Source: Nitrososphaeraceae archaeon
Lineage (GTDB): Archaea; Thermoproteota; Nitrososphaeria; Nitrososphaerales; Nitrososphaeraceae
Assembly (NCBI GenBank): GCA_036280615.1
Contig: DASUQJ010000009.1
Coordinates: 1,740-65,739 of the forward strand
Length of the DNA stretch: 64,000 bases
Direction: 5' to 3'
Shown: positions 18,707 through 27,417 of the stretch, piece after piece
How positions within the stretch are numbered: position 1 is the stretch's first letter
Layout of the letters: each line of letters starts with the position of its first letter
The notes under the pieces: generated by a model
Database searches by the model: none
The model's input: only the letters and a program-made list of their open reading frames with translations
Told to the model about the DNA's origin: nothing
Program-made: the position numbers and the translations under genes

Positions 18707-18916
18707 TTGAAAATAAACGTATCAAGAATCAAGTACAGAATTAATTATAATCCTGTAAATTATAATACAAGCACAGGTAAGTATGAGAGCGGAAATGAAA
18801 CATATACATTTTACAGTCAAGCAAAAGTAAATTTATGGAAATGTGACAAATGCACTATGAAATTCGGTACTTTCAGAAGTTTGAGGAAACATAAATCTGA
18901 TATACATGCTTATTGA
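18707..18916 (+). CDS. small protein with one classical C2H2 zinc finger
   Basis: 69 aa (TTG start in the track; true start uncertain); WKCDKC-x12-H-x4-H (CDKCTMKFGTFRSLRKHKSDIH). Confidence 0.6.
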   Translation: MKINVSRIKYRINYNPVNYNTSTGKYESGNETYTFYSQAKVNLWKCDKCTMKFGTFRSLRKHKSDIHAY

Positions 18917-18977
18917 GTCCGAATGATATCAAGTGCAGTACCGTAGTTATATTCGGTCCCTAGAATTATTTTAATTC

Positions 18978-19589
18978 TCAGGAGTCAATCCGAGGTGAGA
19001 ATAGTTTTGCAAGTTGGTCCAGAATTCTTGCCGTAGCTCCCCATATAATGTCATTTTTATACATAAATTTAGGTAGGTGAGGAATCGAATATTCTTGCTG
19101 GTGTTTTATGTCACTCTCTCTACTTTCAAGCAAAGGAATAAGTGGAGCATCTATGATTTTTTCTACCTCATAATTGGTATCAGTTATTACTGGTATCCTG
19201 TCCAATAACGTAACGTATGGATAAATTATATAACGTGAACTCAACGTTCTCTCTGCATTCAAATGACCCATTACTTGCTCTCTTTTGATCTTGATTCCGA
19301 TTTCTTCGCTTGTTTCTCTTATTGCAGTTTCTAACATGTCAATGTCAACTTTCATAAAATTGCCACCTGGGAAAGAAATTTCACCAACGTGATCTTTCAC
19401 AAGTCTTGTTCTTTTTATTAAAATTACATTTGGGTTTCTATTCGTGAAATGAATTGTTATCATCACAGCTGCAAATTTGAATTCTTTCATTGGTGATGGA
19501 AAAATCGCTTTCTTATTCAAAGCCGGATATATCAAATCCTTGATTAATTTTTCATCGTACAAAAGAAAATCATCCTCTGTATTAATCAT
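18978..19589 (-). CDS. NUDIX hydrolase (CoA-pyrophosphatase-like)
   Basis: 203 aa; Nudix box GGNFMKVDIDMLETAIRETSEEIGI. Confidence 0.85.
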   Translation of the reverse strand: MINTEDDFLLYDEKLIKDLIYPALNKKAIFPSPMKEFKFAAVMITIHFTNRNPNVILIKRTRLVKDHVGEISFPGGNFMKVDIDMLETAIRETSEEIGIKIKREQVMGHLNAERTLSSRYIIYPYVTLLDRIPVITDTNYEVEKIIDAPLIPLLESRESDIKHQQEYSIPHLPKFMYKNDIIWGATARILDQLAKLFSPRIDS

Positions 19590-19695
19590 TAACTAAATAA
19601 TAAGATCTCTCAGGCAAAATTATTGCAAACATAGACAGTAAAGAAATTTTAAGATTATAAATTAAGGATTTAATTATGATTAATATTGTGAAATA

Positions 19696-20469
19696 TTGAT
19701 GGATATTAACGTTATTTATGAAATGAACCCTCCGAAGGTTCTTTACAATAATCATTTCGATAATGATGCAATAAATAAAAATATTGATCTTTTTATGTCA
19801 AGAGCAAAAATTATATCAGAATATGTTGATGGAATCCATTTGACAGATAATGTCCTTGGTGTCCCTCGGGTTTCAAGTTTGATGCTTGTTTCTATGTTAA
19901 AGCAGATGGGGATATCGAAACCGATAAGCTGTACGTGCAGACTTTATGATAAAAATTTAATTTCATTACTGCAATTTGTCACAGATGCTATCTTATGTGG
20001 AGTCTACAGCGTCCTAATTCTTCGTGGAGATGACCCTGTTATCGGTAATAAGATCTTCGACGTCCCGCCGACTAAGGCAATTAAAACTCTCTCAGAGCTC
20101 AATTTTAATAACTACATAAAACTGGATTTGTCATTTCCAAGCAAGATCCAAGAGAATGTAAGTATTAAGAATAAACTTAAAGCAAGCCCACGTGCTTTTA
20201 TCACACAGTCGATAAGTTCTATCGACAATTTGAAGGACATTGTTAGTGTGTCGACACCATATAGTATTGATGTTATACCCTGTATAATGTGTCCATCAAT
20301 GAGGAATGAAATGTCAGCCAAGAATATCGGTTTGGACTGGGGTTCCTATGAAGAGAACCCAGAAAATTTTATTCGTGAGGCAGGGAATTTGACAAATAAA
20401 GTGCTTCTGTGTTCTCCAAATAGTTTTGAAGATGGGCTGGACCTTGTTAAGAAACTAAAGAAAAATTAG
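19696..20469 (+). CDS. methylenetetrahydrofolate reductase-like protein
   Basis: 257 aa; YEMNPPK, GIHLTDNVLGVPR, ILRGDDP resemble MTHFR-family landmarks. Confidence 0.6.
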   Translation: MMDINVIYEMNPPKVLYNNHFDNDAINKNIDLFMSRAKIISEYVDGIHLTDNVLGVPRVSSLMLVSMLKQMGISKPISCTCRLYDKNLISLLQFVTDAILCGVYSVLILRGDDPVIGNKIFDVPPTKAIKTLSELNFNNYIKLDLSFPSKIQENVSIKNKLKASPRAFITQSISSIDNLKDIVSVSTPYSIDVIPCIMCPSMRNEMSAKNIGLDWGSYEENPENFIREAGNLTNKVLLCSPNSFEDGLDLVKKLKKN

Positions 20470-21251
20470 TCAGATTTTTGTTTGCGTGCAGCACTAATTT
20501 CATTCCTCAATTCACCCAAGACTTCCCTGTAATAGGGTTTGAGTTCGTCATCCTCAGTAAGTCTTGGTCTTCTATGATCAATAATAATTTCCCTTTTGAT
20601 TTTTCCTGGTCTATTGGTGAACACAAATACTCTATCACCAAGACATACAGATTCCATTATATTATGAGTTACAAAAATGATATTTTTTCTGGTCTTTGAC
20701 CAAATGAGTTGCAATTCAACCGAAAGTAAGTCTCGTGTTTGGGAATCAAGGGAGGCAAATGGTTCATCCATAAGTAATATTTCTGGGTCCATAACAAGTG
20801 CTCTTGCAAGAGCCACTCTTTGTTTCATGCCACCAGAGAGCTGATACACATATGAATCAGCAAATTTTGTCAATTGCATAGTTTCTAGGTGCGCAAATGC
20901 TATATGACGCCTCTTCTCTTTCTGCAAACCAGCTATTTTTAGACCAAATTCAACATTTTCTATTACTTTGAGCCACGGAAACAATGCATTTTCTTGGAAA
21001 ACCATAATTCTATCTGGACCTGTTCCGTCGATCTGATGACCGTTAAGAATGATTTCTCCTTCGGTAGGTTTATCAAGTCCTGCAAGAATGTTAAGAAGAG
21101 TAGATTTTCCGCATCCCGAAGGTCCAACAATGCACACAAATTCTCCATCAGTGATCGTGAGGTCGATATTTTCAATTGCTTTAACGTATTCAACTTTATT
21201 CGAATTTGATGTTTTGAATCTTTTAGATAGATTTTTAACCTGTAATTTCAC
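20466..21251 (-). CDS. ABC transporter ATP-binding protein (nitrate/sulfonate/bicarbonate-type)
   Basis: 261 aa; Walker A GPSGCGKST, signature LSGGMKQR, Walker B LLMDEPF. Confidence 0.9.
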   Translation of the reverse strand: MKLQVKNLSKRFKTSNSNKVEYVKAIENIDLTITDGEFVCIVGPSGCGKSTLLNILAGLDKPTEGEIILNGHQIDGTGPDRIMVFQENALFPWLKVIENVEFGLKIAGLQKEKRRHIAFAHLETMQLTKFADSYVYQLSGGMKQRVALARALVMDPEILLMDEPFASLDSQTRDLLSVELQLIWSKTRKNIIFVTHNIMESVCLGDRVFVFTNRPGKIKREIIIDHRRPRLTEDDELKPYYREVLGELRNEISAARKQKSD

Positions 21252-21337
21252 ATTTTCGCCCCTCTAATGTTAAACGAATCAATTTGAATACGCTCTCCAT
21301 ACAGTCTCTTAATTACGCTATTTCTATAAATTACTAT

Positions 21338-22510
21338 TTATTTGTAAAGGAGATTAACTATTTCCTTCGGTTTTGCATTGGTTTTGAATCCCTTTTCGTT
21401 CATAATCGTCTTGGATACTTTGAATCCATTGCTTGAGAGAATACTAATAACTTTATCCAGCGAAATTGAGCTCTTTTTTGCCATGGATGCAATTTTATCT
21501 GTTTCAAAATAGGAAGGAAATGATAGTTCACTACAGCATGTTTGCATCAATTTAAGCAATCTGTTATGATCGTTGACCGGCAGAGAGTTTTCTTTGCCCC
21601 TTTCCAATTTGGTTAACATTGCGCCCACAAATTCAGAATCATAAAGTGGATCTATCCAGAGCGGTCCCGCCAAATTACATTTTTGACCACATATTTCACA
21701 AACCAAGTTTTGCTCTCTGAGATTTTCAACGGTTCTATTTTTACAATTCAGACAATGTTTAAGAAATCCTATTTTAGAGGAAACAGAGTTTGCAAGTGAG
21801 CTTCCAAATAATACTCGCAGATATACTCTCATGTAGTGAAGATTAGTATGGCAGAAATAAGGAACAATAGATAAATCGAATCGGGATGCATTTAGTGCTA
21901 TAAAAGAGACCAAAATCCTTATGCCTATTTCATTGGAATATTCTGTCCTTATTGGGAATCCATAATATTTTCGATAGCATACATTTGGATACACTCCACA
22001 TAATACTGCAGTGTCTGTTGCTGTAATTGATATCAATCCACGATTACTTACTGATCGCAAAACACAATCCACATAAGGCGATGGACTTCCAAACGGATCT
22101 AGATCAACAATGTCAAATTTTGGGGGTTCACGCTCTTCAAAATTTAAGAATTTGCAAACATCATTAGTACCAAAGAGACACTTGCTCCCTACCTGATTCA
22201 ATTTTGCACTCTCTTTAGCAAGTTCTATAGCAATAGGATTTAGATCGTTTAAATAAATTGTATCTATTTTCGGAACTTCCACTGAAGCTCTTAATCCTCT
22301 TGCTCCTACTCCGCATATAGAGTCAGCAAATGTTCGATTGTATTTTGATGAAGCTTGTATTTTGTAGACTAGCATAGAAATATCTCTGTTCCACTTTGCA
22401 TTCGGATTGAAAAAAGCAGGATTTTTTGGCGGTACGATCTCAGTAAGTGATGAACTTGGAACTAGAAGAATAGTTTTACCTTCTTTGATCCTTGAAACAT
22501 CACATTGCAA
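21338..22510 (-). CDS. trm1: tRNA (guanine(26)-N2)-dimethyltransferase
   Basis: 390 aa; FFNPNAKWNRDISMLV, Zn cluster CLNCKN..CEICGQKC. Confidence 0.88.
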   Translation of the reverse strand: MQCDVSRIKEGKTILLVPSSSLTEIVPPKNPAFFNPNAKWNRDISMLVYKIQASSKYNRTFADSICGVGARGLRASVEVPKIDTIYLNDLNPIAIELAKESAKLNQVGSKCLFGTNDVCKFLNFEEREPPKFDIVDLDPFGSPSPYVDCVLRSVSNRGLISITATDTAVLCGVYPNVCYRKYYGFPIRTEYSNEIGIRILVSFIALNASRFDLSIVPYFCHTNLHYMRVYLRVLFGSSLANSVSSKIGFLKHCLNCKNRTVENLREQNLVCEICGQKCNLAGPLWIDPLYDSEFVGAMLTKLERGKENSLPVNDHNRLLKLMQTCCSELSFPSYFETDKIASMAKKSSISLDKVISILSSNGFKVSKTIMNEKGFKTNAKPKEIVNLLYK

Positions 22511-22628
22511 TCCGGGTAGATTGTAAGGTAACTGTTGGCTACTAATATATCATGATTGCTGGGGTAAGGATAAAATACCAACAATATCTTGATTTGGATT
22601 CAAGGGATTAGAGTTCACTGGCGATAAG

Positions 22629-23264
22629 ATCATCATTTGTGGAGTAGATGAAGCCGGTAGAGGATCTTTGCTAGGCCCCATCATCGTGGCCGGAATCTGC
22701 GTAACCAAAAAATCCATTTCAGAATTGATTAAGTGCGGAATTAAAGATTCCAAATTGCTTACTCCAAAAAAAAGAGAAACGCTTTTTGGTCACATCGTTA
22801 ACATTGCTGAATCAATTTGTATTTGTAGAATAAGTATTGAAGATATTGATTTGCATGTTCTTAGAAACAATCTAAATCTTCTCGAAGCTGAGGCAATGGC
22901 CATTACGATTGGAAATATGAAATCTGACAAGACATACATTGATTCATGTGACGTGAATCCTTCCAGATATCAGAGAACTATCAGTAGTTTTCTTAAACGA
23001 AATAATACGAAATTGATTTCAATGCATCACGCGGACAGATTGAATGTGGTAGTATCTGGGGCGTCTATTATTGCAAAGGTTATACGTGATTCTGAGATAA
23101 GCAAAATTCGCATCGAATACGGGGATATTGGAAGTGGTTATCCGTCTGACAAGAAAACGATAAAGTTTGTAAAAGAATGGTTTAGACAAAATAGTGAAAT
23201 TCCCCCATTTGCAAGAAAATCATGGAAACCTGCTCAACTGATTGTGTCAGGCACTACTCATTAG
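22629..23264 (+). CDS. rnhB: ribonuclease HII (start codon unresolved)
   Basis: Track ORF starts at TTG 22668, but the in-frame upstream sequence reads KIIICGVDEAGRGSLLGP, which includes the catalytic DEAGRG. The frame is open from 22593 with no ATG/GTG/TTG before the motif; 22629 (ATC) is a placeholder. Confidence 0.85.
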   Translation: MIICGVDEAGRGSLLGPIIVAGICVTKKSISELIKCGIKDSKLLTPKKRETLFGHIVNIAESICICRISIEDIDLHVLRNNLNLLEAEAMAITIGNMKSDKTYIDSCDVNPSRYQRTISSFLKRNNTKLISMHHADRLNVVVSGASIIAKVIRDSEISKIRIEYGDIGSGYPSDKKTIKFVKEWFRQNSEIPPFARKSWKPAQLIVSGTTH

Positions 23265-23270
23265 TATCCA

Positions 23271-23945
23271 TTATTTTGGATAGAAAACTGCGTTAATCAT
23301 TGCGTGATCCTTGTCAAAAGGTTCAAGATCTATTTTTTGTTTGATTTTAAATGAATTACTTTCTAATTTTTTAATTTCTTGCGATATTACATTCTTTGGG
23401 GACATTGTAACGTCAATACTTCTAGTCTTAATTACAAGGAGCATTGGCTTTGCTTCTTTAAGGTATATTTTACAGTTATCAATGGCAATGGTTGTTTGAT
23501 CGGGTTGGGCAATATCGCAATAAACGAGATCCATTTTATCATATATAGAAAAATAGCTTCTGGGTTTCCTTGCATCTTCTATTATAGGTATTACATTTGT
23601 TCTCTTGGAGGAAACATTTGAAATCAACTCTCTTGCAACTCTTGTTGAAGACTCTACAGCAAAAATTTTGCCAGATTGTCCAACTATGTCGGACAAGTGA
23701 CTGACTGTAGTTCCTGTAGATGCTCCTAGATATAACACGTTGCCAACATTAGAAAACTCAAAATGAAGTCCCTTGATATACGCAGCTGCTAATTTACTTC
23801 TAAATGGATCCCATGTTCTGTATTCATTTCCGTCTCTGGAGATAAGCTTTTCCCCATAAAGAGTTACTCCCTTCAATAGGTTTATTGTTGCTATATGTTC
23901 CTTTCCATTTACAGTAACGTAACTAATGGCGTCTACGTTTTTCAT
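23271..23945 (-). CDS. flpA: fibrillarin-like rRNA/tRNA 2'-O-methyltransferase
   Basis: 224 aa; WDPFRSKLAAA, VLYLGASTGTTVSH. Confidence 0.92.
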   Translation of the reverse strand: MKNVDAISYVTVNGKEHIATINLLKGVTLYGEKLISRDGNEYRTWDPFRSKLAAAYIKGLHFEFSNVGNVLYLGASTGTTVSHLSDIVGQSGKIFAVESSTRVARELISNVSSKRTNVIPIIEDARKPRSYFSIYDKMDLVYCDIAQPDQTTIAIDNCKIYLKEAKPMLLVIKTRSIDVTMSPKNVISQEIKKLESNSFKIKQKIDLEPFDKDHAMINAVFYPK

Positions 23946-25161
23946 GACGCATCTTCTTTCTCTTGAATTTCATAGATCTGTTTGGTCTTCTGTTCATGAA
24001 TCTGCCCCTATCTTCAAAAGATTCCTTCCCTTTCGGAGGCTCATGATAAATCTTTTGAATAGTTTCAATTCTCTTTGTCAATTTATCTAATAATGAATTA
24101 TCCAGTGAGGCATTGCGGTACACATCTATCCTTACTGCAATAGCTATTTTTGAAGACAGGGCACGAGCAATTTTACCCCTCTGCCATTTTGGAGCAGAGT
24201 TAACTGAAGGATGCTGAAATAATAGACCATGTTTTGGAGGTCTGGTTCCTGTTTTTAGTGCACGAAACAAGGCTTTTTCTGCTCCAATAATTTGAATTGT
24301 ACTAGACGGCATCTGTGCTAATCTAATAAGACTACCTGCTTTCGCAATTAATCTGGCGCCTATTGTCGCAGTAAGGATGTTCTTCAAATTTGGTGCAAGT
24401 TTCTGCATCAGGTTTTCGATTGTGTTAGAAAGATTCGTTCTTAATTCTGATAACTTTATTACTTGGGATGCCAAAATTTTCAGCGATTCGGAGCTTTCAA
24501 CAGTAAGGTCTCCTCCCTGACTTTTTGATATTGCTAGTTGAATCATCCCAATTTTCTTTTCAGGTACCTCAAGTTGAGTTAAAAGTTCTTTGCTAATATT
24601 TTCCCTTGATCCTGCATCTCTTACGATATTGGAATATGTAATGATATTTTGAAGTAAATAGTCCAATTCCGGAAAATGGAGTCCATACCACTCACGAATC
24701 CTTGTACTGATTGTATTTATTATTTCATCCAGCTCATCTAATGTATTGACTGCTTGAACCAATTGAAGATCTAATTTTTCAGAAGTCTCCTTCACTTTCA
24801 TAGCTGAAAGATTTATTGCAAATTTTTGCAGAATTGCAGCTAATTCATCTTTGTTATCTGATAATCCAAATTTTATGATAAGATCCAGTTTATTCAGGTT
24901 TATCTCGTTTTGGCTAGAATCGGACATTAGTTTAACGTCAAAATTTTCCCGTTGAAAAATTTCTATTAGATGCTTATTATTAACTCGCACCTGATCATAA
25001 TTTCTTAAAATGGAAATCAAATCAATTATGTAATTATCTTTACTTTGTGTGATCGAAGAATATTCAACTACGGGGTTATCAAATTTCCTTTTGTAAACTA
25101 AATTGGAATCTTCTAGAGCACAAATCCCAATTTCAAATAAAATTACATTTGCAATTTTCAA
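23923..25161 (-). CDS. nop5: C/D box sRNP protein Nop5 (Nop56/58)
   Basis: 412 aa; AEKALFRALKTGTRPPKHGLLFQHP, basic tail; precedes flpA as in most archaea. Confidence 0.92.
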   Translation of the reverse strand: MKIANVILFEIGICALEDSNLVYKRKFDNPVVEYSSITQSKDNYIIDLISILRNYDQVRVNNKHLIEIFQRENFDVKLMSDSSQNEINLNKLDLIIKFGLSDNKDELAAILQKFAINLSAMKVKETSEKLDLQLVQAVNTLDELDEIINTISTRIREWYGLHFPELDYLLQNIITYSNIVRDAGSRENISKELLTQLEVPEKKIGMIQLAISKSQGGDLTVESSESLKILASQVIKLSELRTNLSNTIENLMQKLAPNLKNILTATIGARLIAKAGSLIRLAQMPSSTIQIIGAEKALFRALKTGTRPPKHGLLFQHPSVNSAPKWQRGKIARALSSKIAIAVRIDVYRNASLDNSLLDKLTKRIETIQKIYHEPPKGKESFEDRGRFMNRRPNRSMKFKRKKMRHEKRRRH

Positions 25162-25248
25162 ATAGATCTTACATTAAATTAATTTGGTCATTAAAAAATC
25201 TAACATTATTTTCATCCCGTTCACTTTAATGATTTGCATTACAGGCAG

Positions 25249-25374
25249 TTATTCACCAATGTTTGCAACTTCATCTCCATGAATATCATCATAATGAGCA
25301 TCACATTCATTCTTTGTTAGAAATTCCTTTGCGCACACCTTGCATCTAAAAGTACCTCCCTCATATTCTGACAT
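25249..25374 (-). CDS. 41-aa C2H2 zinc-finger mini-protein
   Basis: Not in the ORF track. Own codon-by-codon translation: MSEYEGGTFRCKVCAKEFLTKNECDAHYDDIHGDEVANIGE; C-x2-C-x12-H-x4-H; ATG start, TAA stop. Confidence 0.55.
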   Translation of the reverse strand: MSEYEGGTFRCKVCAKEFLTKNECDAHYDDIHGDEVANIGE

Positions 25375-25407
25375 GTTAAAACATGAAATTATATCCACTA
25401 AAAAAAT

Positions 25408-26247
25408 TTATCGCGTATTTAGAGTTTCCAATTTATTAGATCTCAATCCCTTCTCCAAAAAGAATGAATTGAATGACTCTTCTACTGATAATCCATCATG
25501 CACTATAGCTCTAACTGCTTGAATCATCTCAATAGGGTGATCTGATTGCCAAATATTTCTGCCCATGTCAACACCAGACGCCCCATCTCTTATTGCATTA
25601 AAAGTCAGATTTAGCGCATCTTTTTCTGGTAACTTTTTGCCCCCGGCAATAATGACCGGCACTGGACATCCCTCCACGACCTCTTCAAATTTTTCACAGT
25701 AATAGGTCTTTACCAAATGCGCACCCAATTCTGCAGCAATTCTGCAGGACAGTCCAAGGTATCTTGAATCTCTGGCCATTTCTTTTCCAACTGCAGTAAC
25801 TGCCAAGACTGGAATTCCGTATTTTTCACCTTCATCTACCAGTTTAGAAAGATTGCTTAGTGTTTGGTGTTCGTATTTACCTCCAACAAAAATAGACAAC
25901 GCCAAACATGCAGCATTGAGCCTTATTGCTTCTTCAATCGATGTTGTTATGGTCTCCTTTGAAAGATCTTCACCTAGAATGCTAGTGCCTCCAGAAACAC
26001 GTAGAACTATTGGAATATTGGACTCAGGAGCTACACTCGTCCTTAATACTCCTCTGGTGAGCATTAAAGAGTCAGCATATTTTAACAGCGGTTTGACGGT
26101 CTTTTCCGGATCTTCTAATCTTTCTGTAGGGCCTAGAAAATATCCATGATCAACTGCTAACATGACCCCTTTACCGTCTTGTTGGGTAATTATCCTTGAT
26201 AAGCGATTTTTTAATCCCCAGTCCATGCTAGATACCTGATTATACAA
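25408..26247 (-). CDS. class I aldolase, DhnA/FbaB family (fructose-bisphosphate aldolase / ADH-synthase type)
   Basis: 279 aa; MLAVDHGYFLGP, HLVKTYY (candidate Schiff-base Lys), GVDMGRNIWQ. Confidence 0.8.
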   Translation of the reverse strand: MYNQVSSMDWGLKNRLSRIITQQDGKGVMLAVDHGYFLGPTERLEDPEKTVKPLLKYADSLMLTRGVLRTSVAPESNIPIVLRVSGGTSILGEDLSKETITTSIEEAIRLNAACLALSIFVGGKYEHQTLSNLSKLVDEGEKYGIPVLAVTAVGKEMARDSRYLGLSCRIAAELGAHLVKTYYCEKFEEVVEGCPVPVIIAGGKKLPEKDALNLTFNAIRDGASGVDMGRNIWQSDHPIEMIQAVRAIVHDGLSVEESFNSFFLEKGLRSNKLETLNTR

Positions 26248-26272
26248 GTTATTTATGTTTTCATCAATTGAA

Positions 26273-27298
26273 CTAGGATGTTACTACCAGTACTTTCATG
26301 GCATCTACTGCTTCGTGAGCGCACTTGAAAGCATTGTCTGATTCTCTAAGTTGAAAACGATGAGTTACAAGAGGCAAAAGATCAATTGATTTGTCTGACA
26401 TTAATGATAATGCCTGGTTGGTTTCTATCTCTGAAGCACCGTAGCTTGGTATGATTATTTGTTCATTGGAATAGAGGGAGTTTAGCTCTAGGTCATACTT
26501 TGAGCCAACAGAAGGAACACCAAAAAGCAGTATCTTTCCTCCTCTTCGTGTTATTCTGAGTGAACTTTCGAATGCCTTCATACTACCAGTTGCCAAAATT
26601 GTGACATCAACTCCCAAACTTCCTGTATTACTATTAATCACATCGTCCAGCTTTTCTAGATTTAAGTCCACTGGGGTAACACCATATTTTTCAACAAACT
26701 TCAATCTGAATTCGTTAACGTCAGAAACCACTATGTTGTTTGCGCCCCACAGCCTGGCCAACAATGTATGCATTACACCAGTTGGTCCTGCGCCAAGAAT
26801 TGCCACATTGTCCCCATGTTTTATTGAAATTTTATTTAGTCCTCTAATACAGCAAGCAAATGGTTCAATCAGCGCTGCTTCGTCGTATGATATTGATTCA
26901 GGTAGTTTCAAAACACCTCCATGTTCAATATTCCATTTTGGAACAATAAATTCCTCCGATAATCCACATGGTTCAATGTTGCTGGTTTGATAGTTGTTAC
27001 ACATTGTATAGTTGCCCTGTAAACAATATCTGCATGAATAGCAACTTACGTGATGATGCACAAAAACCCTGTCGCCTACCTGAAATTTTTTTAGATTTTT
27101 ACCAACTTTAATAACAGCTCCAGCAGGCTCATGTCCTACCCGCAACGACCTCATTCCATAATTTCCATAGACCTTTTCTAAATCCGATCCACAAATTCCA
27201 CATGTCTGCATCCTTACCAACATTTCGTCTTCATTTACTTTTGGTAATTCTGATTCAACCAAAGTTACCTTTTTATCAACTACTTTTACTGTCAACAT
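26273..27298 (-). CDS. zinc-dependent medium-chain alcohol/threonine dehydrogenase family protein
   Basis: 341 aa; CGICGSDLE, GHEPAG, structural-Zn Cys cluster CYSCRYC, GAGPTG Rossmann. Confidence 0.88.
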   Translation of the reverse strand: MLTVKVVDKKVTLVESELPKVNEDEMLVRMQTCGICGSDLEKVYGNYGMRSLRVGHEPAGAVIKVGKNLKKFQVGDRVFVHHHVSCYSCRYCLQGNYTMCNNYQTSNIEPCGLSEEFIVPKWNIEHGGVLKLPESISYDEAALIEPFACCIRGLNKISIKHGDNVAILGAGPTGVMHTLLARLWGANNIVVSDVNEFRLKFVEKYGVTPVDLNLEKLDDVINSNTGSLGVDVTILATGSMKAFESSLRITRRGGKILLFGVPSVGSKYDLELNSLYSNEQIIIPSYGASEIETNQALSLMSDKSIDLLPLVTHRFQLRESDNAFKCAHEAVDAMKVLVVTS

Positions 27299-27417
27299 CT
27301 GAAATTCACTTTCATGATATATGTAAATTAAAAATTTTATATAATTTACTCTAAGAGCTTGATTTTCAATCTAGAATCGATAAGTTATTAATTCGGAGTC
27401 AATTATTCTGGAGTACT

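Noticed and set aside
22552-22611. ATG ORF beginning MIAGV..., reminiscent of RNase HII N-termini, as a possible true rnhB start
   Set aside because: It is in a different frame from rnhB and terminates at 22609-22611. Beyond MIAGV there is no RNase H similarity, so joining it would need an unsupported frameshift.
22550-22753. 67-aa minus-strand ORF overlapping the rnhB 5' region
   Set aside because: It is antisense to the conserved rnhB N-terminus, with no motifs.
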